DNA of 32,000 bases from the NCBI GenBank assembly GCA_907163225.1, contig OU015322.1:2754060-2786059 (forward strand), in the 5' to 3' direction. This document shows, piece after piece, positions 9,878 to 18,444 of the stretch. Each line of letters begins with the position of its first letter. The first letter of the stretch is position 1. Under the pieces are notes generated by a model. It was not told the origin of the DNA. It made no database searches and saw only the letters and a list, made by a program, of their open reading frames with translations. A program made the translations under genes and the position numbers. The stretch is from an uncultured Rhodocyclaceae bacterium (GTDB taxonomy: Bacteria; Pseudomonadota; Gammaproteobacteria; Burkholderiales; Rhodocyclaceae).

Positions 9878-10706
9878 CGGCTTGCGGCTTGGGCGCCGGC
9901 GTCACCAGCAGGGTGTACAGGCGGCGGCTGTCGGCGCGGAGCACCTGGAAGCGGACGCCGTCGATGTCCATGATTTCGTTGCGCTTCGGCACGCGGCCCA
10001 GGTGGCGCAGGACGAGGCCGCCGACGGTGTCGAATTCTTCGTCGGAGAAGGTGGTCTTGAAGGCTTCGTTGAAGTCCTCGATCTCGGTGCGCGCCTTGAC
10101 GCGGTAGCGGCCGGTCGAGTCGAGGCGGATGTTGTCGTGCGCCTCGTCGAAGTCGTATTCGTCCTCGATGTCACCAACAATCTGCTCCAGCACGTCTTCG
10201 ATGGTGACCAGCCCGGCGACGCCACCGTACTCATTGACGACGATGGCCATGTGGTTGCGCGAGACGCGGAATTCGCGGAGCAGCACATTGAGGCGCTTCG
10301 ATTCCGGGATGAAGACAGCCGGGCGCAGCCAGTCGCGCAAATCGAAATCGGGTTCGATCTGGACGCGCAGCAAATCCTTGGCGAGCAGGATGCCGAGCAC
10401 CTTGTCGCGGTCGCCATCGACCACAGGGAAGCGCGAGTGAGCGCCTTCGATGACGACGGGAACGATCTCGCTCATCGGGTCATCAACGTCGATAACCCCC
10501 ATTTGCGCCCGGGGAATCATCACGTCGGTAACGCGGGTGTCGGAGGCGGCGAGCGCTCCTTCGATGATGGTCAGCGCATCGGCATCCATCAGGTTGCGCT
10601 CGTAGGCGCCATGCAGTATTTCCAGCAACTGTGCGCGGTCTTCAGGTTCGCGCAGCAGCAGGGAAGTCAGTCGTTCAATGAAACCGGGTTTACTGTCACT
10701 GTCCAT
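9855..10706 (-). CDS. corC: HlyC/CorC-family transporter-associated protein (CBS pair plus CorC_HlyC domain)
   Basis: 283-aa ORF with CBS-pair sequence (VTDVMIPRAQM..., HMAIVVNEYGGVAGLVTIEDVLEQIVGDIEDE). It sits in the ybeZ-ybeY-corC-lnt order. Confidence 0.85.
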   Translation of the reverse strand: MDSDSKPGFIERLTSLLLREPEDRAQLLEILHGAYERNLMDADALTIIEGALAASDTRVTDVMIPRAQMGVIDVDDPMSEIVPVVIEGAHSRFPVVDGDRDKVLGILLAKDLLRVQIEPDFDLRDWLRPAVFIPESKRLNVLLREFRVSRNHMAIVVNEYGGVAGLVTIEDVLEQIVGDIEDEYDFDEAHDNIRLDSTGRYRVKARTEIEDFNEAFKTTFSDEEFDTVGGLVLRHLGRVPKRNEIMDIDGVRFQVLRADSRRLYTLLVTPAPKPQAGADDAAG

Positions 10707-10711
10707 AATGT

Positions 10712-11182
10712 TTAAACCGCATACGGGTCTGGATAACCCATGGCGGCGAGAATCTCCCTTTCTTCGTCTTCCATGGCCTGGGCATCGTCGTCGTTTTCGT
10801 GATCCCAGCCTTGCAAATGCAGCATACCATGCACCGTCAGGTGCGCGTAATGCGCCGCCAGCGGCTTGTTCTGCTCCACCGCTTCGCGCGCCACGACGCT
10901 CGGACAGATGACCAGGTCACCGGTCACCACCGGCTCGGTGTCATACGGAAAAGACAGCACGTTGGTCGCGTAATCCTTGCCGCGATACTCGTTGTTCAGC
11001 GTCCGGCCTTCGTCGGCGTCGACCAGGCGGATCGTCACTTCGCCACCGCCGACCAGCGCGGCGCGCGCCCATTTCACGAAATCCGCGCGCAAGGGTAGGC
11101 CCTCGCGGTTACAGGCATATTGCACCGACAGGTTAAGGCGTTTGCTTGGTGTTGGATTCATAGGCTTCGACGATGCGGGCAA
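10712..11182 (-). CDS. ybeY: rRNA maturation endoribonuclease YbeY
   Basis: [16 protein letters not shown] is the YbeY zinc motif H-x-x-x-H-x-x-x-x-x-H. The start could instead be the ATG at 11161. Confidence 0.9.
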   Translation of the reverse strand: MPASSKPMNPTPSKRLNLSVQYACNREGLPLRADFVKWARAALVGGGEVTIRLVDADEGRTLNNEYRGKDYATNVLSFPYDTEPVVTGDLVICPSVVAREAVEQNKPLAAHYAHLTVHGMLHLQGWDHENDDDAQAMEDEEREILAAMGYPDPYAV

Positions 11183-12128
11183 CCAGCGGGTGACGCACGA
11201 CGTCTTCCTTCTTGAAATGGGTAAAGGCCAGGCCGCGCACGCCTTTGAGGATGCTGATGGCTTCGTTCAGGCCGCTCTTGTGGCCCTTGGGCAGGTCGAT
11301 CTGGGTGATGTCGCCGGTGACCACGGCCTTGGCGCCGATGCCGATGCGGGTCAGGAACATCTTCATCTGCTCCGGCGTCGTGTTTTGCGCCTCGTCGAGG
11401 ATGATGAAAGCGTGGTTGAGCGTGCGTCCGCGCATAAAGGCGAGCGGGGCGATTTCGATGGCGCGTTTCTCATAGAGCTTGCTGACGCGGTCGGCGCCCA
11501 TGAGGTCGTAGAGGGCGTCGTAGAGCGGGCGCAGATAGGGGTCGATCTTCTGCGTCAGGTCGCCGGGCAGGAAGCCGAGGCGCTCGCCGGCTTCGACGGC
11601 CGGGCGGGTCAGGATGATGCGTTCGACCAGGTCACGCTCAAAGGCATCGACGGCACTGGCAACAGCGAGATAGGTTTTGCCGGTGCCGGCCGGGCCGATG
11701 CCGAAGGTGATGTCGTGTTCCTGGATGTGCTTCAGGTATTCAACCTGGCGCGGCGTGCGGCCGTGCAGGTCAGTCTTGCGGGTAACCAGCTGCGGACCAT
11801 CGACCGGGCCTTCGGCTCGCCGTGAAACGCGGCGCACGGGGGCGTTGAGAAATTCGATCAGGCCGAGCTGGATTTCGTCGACGGTCAGGGGCTGGCGTGC
11901 CATGGCGTAGAAGTGCTGGATGGCATCTGCGGTCAACCGGGATTTTTCGCCAATAATCGAAAACCGCTCGTTGCGGCGGCGGATGACGACATCGAAGCCG
12001 GTTTCGATCTGGCGGATATTTTCATCGAGCGGGCCGCACAAATTGGCCAGCATGACGTTATCGACCGGCGCAAGCGCGATCTCCACCGGCTTGGTCTTCG
12101 GGGCCGGCTTAGTCTTCTCGGATGACAA
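11133..12128 (-). CDS. ybeZ: PhoH-like ATPase (YbeZ)
   Basis: Walker [13 protein letters not shown], Walker [10 protein letters not shown] and the GDITQIDLP motif. Confidence 0.9.
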   Translation of the reverse strand: MSSEKTKPAPKTKPVEIALAPVDNVMLANLCGPLDENIRQIETGFDVVIRRRNERFSIIGEKSRLTADAIQHFYAMARQPLTVDEIQLGLIEFLNAPVRRVSRRAEGPVDGPQLVTRKTDLHGRTPRQVEYLKHIQEHDITFGIGPAGTGKTYLAVASAVDAFERDLVERIILTRPAVEAGERLGFLPGDLTQKIDPYLRPLYDALYDLMGADRVSKLYEKRAIEIAPLAFMRGRTLNHAFIILDEAQNTTPEQMKMFLTRIGIGAKAVVTGDITQIDLPKGHKSGLNEAISILKGVRGLAFTHFKKEDVVRHPLVARIVEAYESNTKQTP

Positions 12129-13446
12129 TTTCGCCCCTCAGCGTGTGCGAAAGCGAAGACGTGATGCGGACATCGACGAAGGTGTTGATTAGCCGCAGAT
12201 TGCCGGCGAAATTGACGATCCGGTTGTTGTCAGTACGCCCGGCCAGCTCAAGCACATCCTTCTTTGACGTGCCTTCGACCAGCACGCGTTGAATGCTCCC
12301 GATCATTGTCTGGCTGATCGCCTGCGCCTGCTCGTCAATGCGTTTTTGCAGGCGGAGCAGACGGGCCGATTTGACTTCGGCCGGCGTCGAATCCTCCATC
12401 TCCACTGCTGGCGTGCCGGGGCGCGGGCTGTAAACGAAGGAGAACGAGCTGTCGAAGCCGACGTCCTCGATCAGCTTCATCGTCTTCTCGAAATCCTCGT
12501 CCGTCTCGCCAGGGAATCCGACGATAAAGTCCGACGACAGCGAAATATCCGGCCGCGCCGCGCGCAGCTTGCGGATGATCGACTTGTATTCGATGCTCAT
12601 GTAGCCGCGCTTCATCGCCGCCAGAATGCGGTCCGAACCGGCCTGAACCGGGAGATGCAGGTGCGACACCAGCTTCGGCACATTGCGGTAGGTTTCGATC
12701 AGACGATCCGACATTTCGCGCGGGTGCGAGGTCGTGTAACGAATGCGCTCGATGCCCGGCACTTCGGCGATGTACTCGATCAACATCGCCAGATCAGCCT
12801 TTTCTTCGGTCTCCGCCATGTCGCCGCGGTAGGCATTGACGTTCTGGCCGAGCAGCGTCACTTCGCCGACGCCATTGGCGGCCAGGCCGGCCACTTCAGT
12901 CAGCACGTCGTCGAACGGCCGCGAAACCTCGCCACCACGGGTGTAAGGCACGATGCAGAAGGTGCAGAACTTCGAGCAGCCTTCCATGATCGAGACGAAA
13001 GCCGAGGCACCCTTCACTTCAGCCGGCGGCATTGAGTCGAACTTCTCAATTTCCGGGAACGAAATATCGACGGCAGCCTTGCCCTTGGCCTTGCGTTCGG
13101 CCATCAGCTGCGGCAAACGGTGCAGCGTCTGCGGCCCGAAAACGATATCGACGTACGGCGCCCGCGCCACAATCGCCTCGCCCTCCTGGCTGGCGACGCA
13201 ACCGCCGACGCCGATCACCAGGTCGGGATTGAGTTTCTTCAGGTGGCGTACCCGGCCGAGGTCGTGGAAAACCTTCTCCTGCGCCTTCTCGCGCACAGAG
13301 CAGGTGTTGAACAGGATGATGTCGGCTTCTTCAACGTTGTCGGTTCTGACAACAGCGTCGGAGGCATTGAGCACGTCGGCCATCTTGTCCGAATCGTACT
13401 CATTCATCTGGCACCCAAAGGTGCGGATGAACAATTTCTTAGGCAT
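12109..13446 (-). CDS. miaB: tRNA-i6A37 methylthiotransferase
   Basis: The canonical N-terminus [19 protein letters not shown] starts at ATG 13446, so the ORF-track extension to 13572 is rejected. It has the radical-SAM [11 protein letters not shown] motif and a C-terminal TRAM region. Confidence 0.9.
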   Translation of the reverse strand: MPKKLFIRTFGCQMNEYDSDKMADVLNASDAVVRTDNVEEADIILFNTCSVREKAQEKVFHDLGRVRHLKKLNPDLVIGVGGCVASQEGEAIVARAPYVDIVFGPQTLHRLPQLMAERKAKGKAAVDISFPEIEKFDSMPPAEVKGASAFVSIMEGCSKFCTFCIVPYTRGGEVSRPFDDVLTEVAGLAANGVGEVTLLGQNVNAYRGDMAETEEKADLAMLIEYIAEVPGIERIRYTTSHPREMSDRLIETYRNVPKLVSHLHLPVQAGSDRILAAMKRGYMSIEYKSIIRKLRAARPDISLSSDFIVGFPGETDEDFEKTMKLIEDVGFDSSFSFVYSPRPGTPAVEMEDSTPAEVKSARLLRLQKRIDEQAQAISQTMIGSIQRVLVEGTSKKDVLELAGRTDNNRIVNFAGNLRLINTFVDVRITSSLSHTLRGEIVIRED

Positions 13447-13530
13447 GGGCAATACTTCGCAAAACAGTGAGTGCCGCTTAGGTTTAATCGCGGCAGAAAA
13501 GTTGGCCATTATAACCGACCGGAAATTCGG

Positions 13531-13560
13531 TTGACCGCCGAACCCCGCGCAAACTATAAT
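13531..13560 (+). promoter_or_regulatory. sigma70-type promoter of the tRNA gene
   Basis: TTGACC (13531-13536), an 18-nt spacer and TATAAT (13555-13560), followed by a GC-rich discriminator (CCGCGCCC). The mature tRNA 5' end lies 17 nt downstream. Confidence 0.5.
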
Positions 13561-13576
13561 CCGCGCCCTCAAGCGT

Positions 13577-13653
13577 GGTGATGTAGCTCAGTTGGTTAGA
13601 GCGGTGGATTCATAACCCACAGGTCGGCAGTTCAATTCTGCCCATCACCACCA
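13577..13653 (+). tRNA. tRNA-Met (anticodon CAT); a lysidine-modified tRNA-Ile2 cannot be excluded by eye
   Basis: Hand-folded cloverleaf. The acceptor stem is GGTGATG/CATCACC, the D arm is GCTC-AGTTGGTTA-GAGC, the anticodon loop is TTCATAA, the T arm is GGCAG-TTCAATT-CTGCC, and CCA is encoded. Confidence 0.9.
13606..13653 (+). repeat. attL core (3' 48 nt of the tRNA)
   Basis: Identical to 25641-25688 at every position by eye. Confidence 0.85.
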
Positions 13654-13688
13654 TAGATTCAACGAGTTAGGGCCGGCTTATGTCGGCC

Positions 13689-14702
13689 CTAGTCGTTTCT
13701 GCGACGACAAAGCGTCAACGGGTTAAATTCCTTCGCTTCCTTGAGGTGGTCCGGCGCCAGGTGCGCGTACCGCATGGTCATCGTCAGGCTTTGATGGCCT
13801 AGAATCCGTTGCAGCGCAAGGATATTGCCGCCCGCCATCATGAAATGACTTGCGAAGGTATGGCGCAGCACATGTGTCATCTGCCCCATCGGTAGCTCTA
13901 ATTCTGATCTTTCAATTGCTTCGCGGAAGGCCGCCCAGGCAGACTGAAATATTCGTTTCCCGGTTCCATGTTGTGCATGGTGGCCGATGATTTCCAGTTC
14001 TAGCGCGGTTTCTATTGGCACGGCCCTTGTCTTGCCTGATTTGGTTCTGGCGTATTGAACTATCCCATTCCTGATCTGCTGGATCGTCAGGTCTTCTGTT
14101 TCGCCCCACCTCGATCCAGTCGCCAAGCAAATTTTCGCAATCAGGGTCACATGGGGATTTCGTCCCTTGGGTAGTTCCGCGAGCAGCACGTCGATTTCTT
14201 CAAGCTTCAAATAGTGTCGTTCGTTTTCGACGATCTTGATTGCCTTGAACTTCGCCAAGGGATTGTCGCGAGTCCAGACGTCAAACGAGTTCAGAGTGTT
14301 GAACATCGCTTTGAGGTATTGCAACTCGCGATTCATGTTGTTCTGGGTGATGCCGGCAGCCAAGCGTTTGGCCCGGTACTCCGCAAAATCCTGAGCGGTG
14401 AATTTGTCGGCCAAAGGATTACCCATGGCCGAACACATGGCTCGAAGGCGTGTGGCTGTGTTTTCTCCATCCCGCAAAGTCACGCCGTGTCTGCTAGACC
14501 AAATTTCAACCAGGTCGAGCAATTTCCGGCCATCTTTCTTGGCCGGCATCCATTCTGGAGTTTCCTGTACCTTGGCCTGGATGTGCCTTTCCCAGGCGAG
14601 CGCTTCCGCTTTTGTCTTGAATGTTTTTCGTGTTCTGCGACCACCTCGTCCGCCTGGCTGGATGTCAACCTGCCAGCCAGTTTTAACCGGTTTGATCGTC
14701 AT
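13689..14702 (-). CDS. int: tyrosine-type phage integrase
   Basis: 337-aa ORF with the catalytic signature ATGSRWGE (Arg), HVLRHTFAS (H-x-x-R) and LGHQSLTMTMRYAHL (His, Tyr). It is adjacent to attL. Confidence 0.9.
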   Translation of the reverse strand: MTIKPVKTGWQVDIQPGGRGGRRTRKTFKTKAEALAWERHIQAKVQETPEWMPAKKDGRKLLDLVEIWSSRHGVTLRDGENTATRLRAMCSAMGNPLADKFTAQDFAEYRAKRLAAGITQNNMNRELQYLKAMFNTLNSFDVWTRDNPLAKFKAIKIVENERHYLKLEEIDVLLAELPKGRNPHVTLIAKICLATGSRWGETEDLTIQQIRNGIVQYARTKSGKTRAVPIETALELEIIGHHAQHGTGKRIFQSAWAAFREAIERSELELPMGQMTHVLRHTFASHFMMAGGNILALQRILGHQSLTMTMRYAHLAPDHLKEAKEFNPLTLCRRRND

Positions 14703-15321
14703 TTTTGTTCGTCAGTTCTCGAAGCAATGCGTTCGCTTTTAGGCGGTTGTTCATCATCCAGTCTTCGGTTTCGTATTGGCTTGATAGATCTGCGTTGTTC
14801 GCCAGAAATTCTTTGTACTTGGCTGTCCATAATGTCGACAGCTGGCTTATTTTGGTCGCAATTTTTCTCTTCTCCTCATCGGTTATTCCCCCTCCTAGTT
14901 TGAGTCTGTTCTTGAACGCTCGTGGTGCTATTGACGCGGCGGTCTGAAAAAACAGCGTTGTGAACTTGTAGTTTTCTGCTTGCTGCGCGATGTCCAGATC
15001 ATCGTCCATCGCCGGATAAGCAAATTCAGGGGTAGGGGCGAAGTGTCCGTGCTTCTCGTCGGATACGCCTGTCGCAATCCACAGTGCAAATTGAGGCCAG
15101 TGCCTTGCCAATGCCTCAAGCATCTCCACCGATGGTTTCGTTGATCCTCGGTTGTACTGACGCCACTTCTCTTTTGATATTCCCGTCGCCTCTTCCAGCG
15201 ATTTCCAGCCGTTTCGTTGATCTCTTGTCAACTCGTTGATCAGTACGCGCATCCGGAAGTCGGCGTCATATTTTTTTTCAATGTCATCGCTAAATTCTGG
15301 TGTTTTGGGCTTGACGTTCAT
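14683..15321 (-). CDS. CI-type HTH prophage repressor candidate
   Basis: I start it at ATG 15321, preceded by GGAGG. WKSLEEATGISKEKWRQYNRGSTKPSVEMLEALARHWPQFALWIATG resembles the phage CI-repressor HTH domain, which ends in W-L/I-x-T-G. It overlaps the int start by 20 nt and is divergent from the xis/rep genes. Confidence 0.55.
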   Translation of the reverse strand: MNVKPKTPEFSDDIEKKYDADFRMRVLINELTRDQRNGWKSLEEATGISKEKWRQYNRGSTKPSVEMLEALARHWPQFALWIATGVSDEKHGHFAPTPEFAYPAMDDDLDIAQQAENYKFTTLFFQTAASIAPRAFKNRLKLGGGITDEEKRKIATKISQLSTLWTAKYKEFLANNADLSSQYETEDWMMNNRLKANALLRELTNKNDDQTG

Positions 15322-15349
15322 TCCTGCCTCCGGTAATCTGCCGCGCATG

Positions 15350-15366
15350 GCGTTAAAAATTAACGC
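15350..15366. promoter_or_regulatory. candidate operator in the divergent repressor/xis control region
   Basis: Inverted repeat GCGTTAA-aaa-TTAACGC, centred between the two divergent start codons (15321 and 15418). Confidence 0.35.
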
Positions 15367-15417
15367 GCAGCGCGGTAAAACAATAACGTCGCTGCGTTTG
15401 TATTCGGAGTGACGATT

Positions 15418-15642
15418 ATGGGCGTTCCAGCGGAAAACTTAAATATGTCGGCGCTTGCATTGCAGCAAGTAACGCTTCCAATTTTGTCGCGCAAGAAATT
15501 CGCGGATCTTATCGGCGTCGACGAAGGTGTAGTCCTCGGTTGGGTCAATAAAGGCTATTTGAGCACTGTTCGTCTGGGTAAGTACTCGCTGATTAATGTC
15601 GAGGCGTTGCGCCAGTCCTGTGCCGAGAAGGTGCTTCGATGA
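15418..15642 (+). CDS. small HTH DNA-binding protein (excisionase/AlpA-like)
   Basis: ATG 15418 lies 8 nt after GGAG. LSRKKFADLIGVDEGVVLGWVNKGYLSTVRLGKYSLINVEAL fits the MerR/excisionase HTH_17 pattern. Confidence 0.5.
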   Translation: MGVPAENLNMSALALQQVTLPILSRKKFADLIGVDEGVVLGWVNKGYLSTVRLGKYSLINVEALRQSCAEKVLR

Positions 15643-15655
15643 CTCAGCCAACAAA

Positions 15656-15673
15656 ACTTTCGCATGCGAAAGT
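15656..15673. repeat. palindrome copy 1: ACTTTCGCATGCGAAAGT
   Basis: Perfect 18-bp palindrome, 14 nt after the xis-like stop. Its central ATG is the ORF-track start of rep. Confidence 0.9.
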
Positions 15674-16962
15674 CGGTTCCTGAAATGCGGATGCGTAAAC
15701 GCAACCATGCAGGCATGCCTCCCTCTACGGTTGAGGCTCTGCACGCTGTTGGTCAGTCTGGCGACATTGCCACGGCTGGCGACGCGCCCGCCCACAGCCC
15801 CCGCGAGGACGGGCGCGGCGCTAGCCGCAATGAAAACCACCTTACTAACAGGTGGGGGGTTAATCCCGAGAAGCCCAGTCTCGTCCTCTCTGATATTGGC
15901 ATGGTTGAACGTCTTTGTTCCTCCAACGTTGCCGGAAATCTCGTCGTGATCGATTGGTGTTCTATCACGTTTGTTCCTCCCGCTGACTGGCAACGGACTT
16001 CGTCCAGGTCGTTCGAAATTGTCGATGGTCCTCATATTGAGGTGCTCCCTTCCGCAACCGATTTGTCTGATCCAGTGCTTTCTGATGCTGATCTATTTGC
16101 GGGGCTTCTTGTCCTTGCTCAAGACTTATGTGGCTGGAAATTTACAGAAACGAAAGAGTTGGCGCCTGCAGGGTTCCGTCTAGGCAAGCAGTATGACAAA
16201 TGTGTTGTTTGTGGTTTTGGAGGCGTTGGCTCCCGTGTCATCTTGACCTTCACTGGGCAAGCTTTTGTTCGGGGGGATTTCATGATGCCGCGTCGAATTT
16301 TTGATTTCGTCGGAAATGAGTCGTCGTCACGAATCACCCGCCTAGATATGGCATTCGATGATTTTGACGGTTCGCATTTTTGCCCCTATCAGGCTTACCA
16401 AGACTGGCAAAGCGGTCAATTTGACTACCGGACTGTCCGTCCAAAGCTGCATACCGATGGTGATTTTCATCGTGCTGATCCGGAAAACAAAGGTGTCACG
16501 GTTTATATCGGCAAGGAAGGCAAGCAGCTTGTTATTTATCAAAAGGGTAAGCAACTGGGAAACTCTGATTCGCCGCACGTTCGCGCGGAAGTTCGTATTT
16601 CCCAAAACGCATACAGCATCACTCGCGATGCGCTTATAAATCCGACTCCTTATTTTTGCGGTGCTTACCCCTATCTAGCATTGCGTGTTGCCAATCTAAC
16701 TGGCGATTTGCTGCTTCGGAAATTTGAAGGTGTCGTTCGCGAAGGTTCCGACTCGATTGATCGGGTTTTGGAAGTTATCAAACACCAGTACGGCAAGCAC
16801 CTTCACTGGCTGCGTGAACACTTTTATGGCTCAGATGTTGAGCTTCTGGATGCAATTGTGCGCAACGACGGAAAGCTTCCTCCGGTTCTACAAAAAGCTC
16901 AAATGTTGTTGGACCGAGGCGAGCGCTTGGCTGCTGCCATCAACGAAAAACCACCTTTTTAA
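15664..16962 (+). CDS. rolling-circle replication initiator (Rep_trans / gpII / RstA-like)
   Basis: VVIDWCSITF, ITRLDMAFDDF and VTVYIGKEGKQLVIYQKGKQLG...VRAEVRI fit Rep_trans family motifs as I recall them. The start is uncertain: the first ~79 aa are low-complexity, and ATG 15901 (MVERL...) is an alternative. Confidence 0.75.
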   Translation: MRKSVPEMRMRKRNHAGMPPSTVEALHAVGQSGDIATAGDAPAHSPREDGRGASRNENHLTNRWGVNPEKPSLVLSDIGMVERLCSSNVAGNLVVIDWCSITFVPPADWQRTSSRSFEIVDGPHIEVLPSATDLSDPVLSDADLFAGLLVLAQDLCGWKFTETKELAPAGFRLGKQYDKCVVCGFGGVGSRVILTFTGQAFVRGDFMMPRRIFDFVGNESSSRITRLDMAFDDFDGSHFCPYQAYQDWQSGQFDYRTVRPKLHTDGDFHRADPENKGVTVYIGKEGKQLVIYQKGKQLGNSDSPHVRAEVRISQNAYSITRDALINPTPYFCGAYPYLALRVANLTGDLLLRKFEGVVREGSDSIDRVLEVIKHQYGKHLHWLREHFYGSDVELLDAIVRNDGKLPPVLQKAQMLLDRGERLAAAINEKPPF

Positions 16963-17024
16963 TTTTTTTGCTGCCCGGTATGAGCGACCGGGGGATCAGC
17001 CTAATCGAGCTCTAGGAGATTCAA

Positions 17025-17333
17025 ATGGCTTACAAGGAAAAGTTTCTGGTCGCTGGCGTAAAGATGTTTAACGACACCGTCGATGGCAAGCGCTACGACA
17101 ACACCAAAGTGTTTGTGACGATGGATCTGGATGACAGCAAGGGCACTGCCTTTGGCTATGCCACCGAAGCACTTGAATTCGGTTCCTCGCAGAACTTCGC
17201 CGCAATTCGCGACATGCTCAAAGCCGCTGGTGGCCCGGTGCTTTGCGAAATCGAGCTCAAGCAAACCACAAACGGCAAAGGCGGCATGAAAACGATTATC
17301 CAGTCCTTGGTGCAGGTCAAGAAAGCCGCCTAA
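17025..17333 (+). CDS. putative ssDNA-binding protein (gV position)
   Basis: 102-aa ORF with the RBS AGGAG 7 nt upstream. The assignment rests on its position after rep and its size. No motif was recognised. Confidence 0.4.
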   Translation: MAYKEKFLVAGVKMFNDTVDGKRYDNTKVFVTMDLDDSKGTAFGYATEALEFGSSQNFAAIRDMLKAAGGPVLCEIELKQTTNGKGGMKTIIQSLVQVKKAA

Positions 17334-17335
17334 TC

Positions 17336-17536
17336 ATGACGCCCTGCTTTCTCGTCCAGGATCGAGACACATATCAATTCATTGCTGTTGATGCCGACGG
17401 TATTTATTGCCTTCAGCCTTCGGTCAGATTTGCGAAACGTTTCAGCGATGGTGAGGAAGCAGGTTTAGCAGGGCTCGAACTGTGTGGCGAAGGTTTTTAT
17501 TTGTTCACCTGTTACCTGGACGATTGCAATGCCTAA
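17336..17536 (+). CDS. hypothetical small phage protein
   Basis: The ATG at 17336 lies 3 nt after the previous stop. It encodes 66 aa. Confidence 0.35.
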   Translation: MTPCFLVQDRDTYQFIAVDADGIYCLQPSVRFAKRFSDGEEAGLAGLELCGEGFYLFTCYLDDCNA

Positions 17537-17675
17537 CGCCGGTCAAATCCTCAATGTGCTTGTTTGTTCCGCCCAGCCCCCGGGTGCAGGTGCAGGACAA
17601 GTTTTTGGACCGGTTGATAGCACGTTGTGCCTTCAAACCCCGATGGAACGCTACAACGCAAGCAAAGGACGGTAG
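17529..17675 (+). CDS. hypothetical small phage protein
   Basis: The ATG overlaps the preceding stop (ATGCCTAA). It encodes 48 aa, and the coding call is weak. Confidence 0.2.
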   Translation: MPNAGQILNVLVCSAQPPGAGAGQVFGPVDSTLCLQTPMERYNASKGR

Positions 17676-17800
17676 AAAAAAGCGCTACGGGGACCAGAGG
17701 GCGGAAGATGAGCACGCCAAACGAGGTGATACGAGAAACGGACGAAGCGAGGAGGCAGCAAACCGGATTTGACCTAAGGTATAGGGGTCCTACGTTACGA

Positions 17801-17823
17801 GGGAGGGATAGGGGGAGGGGGGG
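17801..17823 (+). other. G-quadruplex-forming motif GGGaGGGataGGGGGaGGGGGGG
   Basis: Four G-tracts of at least 3 nt with loops of 1, 3 and 1 nt. It lies on the strand that carries the phage genes, inside a ~380-nt ORF-poor gap. Confidence 0.6.
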
Positions 17824-18059
17824 TACCGGTATAATGCGCACGCAGTAACTAGACTGGGCGGGTCCCGGAGCCTAACGCGAAATAAATAATGGCGCAGCAG
17901 GCGTGACAGCAAGACGACAAAAGTAGGGGGAGGGGAGAGTAGTTGCATGCGCGGAAAGCTCACCGACTCTAATAGTATGGTCAGATGTTACTAGCTTAAT
18001 ATGGCCAGCATAAAAAACAGTATCACCCACAATACCTGAGACCGTCTGTACGACAAGAG

Positions 18060-18293
18060 GTGATGATAAAACCCACAAACAGAGCGATGGAGGTTCTCCG
18101 GTTAACTTCAGTGCAATTTTGCCTACAAGTTGATCCCCGAGCTGATCCGACGACTGCTGTCCAGCTTGCCAAGACAGTCAGTATGGCGGACGCACAGTCT
18201 GCTGGTCTGATCGTTATCGGTCTTCTGGTTGCTGCTGGCGTCGTTCTCTGGGGCGGTCGTTTGGTGTTGTCCAAGTTCCAGCCGAAGCTGTAA
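18060..18293 (+). CDS. major coat protein candidate (gVIII position)
   Basis: The C-terminus GLIVIGLLVAAGVVLWGGRLVLSKFQPKL is a TM helix plus a basic tail, and TAVQ...hydrophobic...basic resembles the leaderless Pf3 coat. A strong terminator follows immediately, as after Ff gene VIII. The start is uncertain (GTG 18060, ATG 18063, 18087 or 18183). Confidence 0.55.
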   Translation: MMIKPTNRAMEVLRLTSVQFCLQVDPRADPTTAVQLAKTVSMADAQSAGLIVIGLLVAAGVVLWGGRLVLSKFQPKL

Positions 18294-18316
18294 GCGACTT
18301 ACTAGCTTACTGAGGG

Positions 18317-18338
18317 GGGGCATTCGTGCCCCTTTTTT
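18317..18338 (+). terminator. rho-independent terminator after the coat gene
   Basis: GGGGCA-ttcg-TGCCCC followed by TTTTTT. Confidence 0.7.
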
Positions 18339-18356
18339 CATTTTTGGAGCGCGATC

Positions 18357-18443
18357 ATGTCTGTCGAATTTTGGTATTTCGCTTTTTTCCTGGCTGGGAT
18401 TTTCTCGGGTATGGCGTTTGTTTCCGGCATCAAGGGGATTTGA
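18357..18443 (+). CDS. 28-aa hydrophobic protein (minor coat gVII/gIX-like?)
   Basis: It reads MSVEFWYFAFFLAGIFSGMAFVSGIKGI. Its stop overlaps the next start region (TGAGATG). It is not in the ORF track because it is too short. Confidence 0.3.
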   Translation: MSVEFWYFAFFLAGIFSGMAFVSGIKGI

Positions 18444-18444
18444 G

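Noticed and set aside
13447-13572. N-terminal extension of miaB in the ORF track
   Set aside because: The canonical MiaB N-terminus [15 protein letters not shown] starts at 13446. The extension would run through the tRNA promoter region up to the tRNA gene.
14214-14903. 229-aa plus-strand ORF, and 15439-16035(-), 198 aa
   Set aside because: They lie antisense to the integrase/repressor genes and to the xis/rep genes respectively, which carry family motifs.
17627-17848. 73-aa ORF (RGG-rich tail) and 17872-18078(-), 68 aa, in the phage non-coding gap
   Set aside because: They have no RBS, and their composition is driven by the G-rich tracts. The minus-strand orientation is inconsistent with the unidirectional inovirus operon.
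18229-18444. Upstream extension of the gIII-like ORF
   Set aside because: It would read through the coat-gene terminator and the 28-aa ORF. ATG 18445 yields a proper signal peptide.
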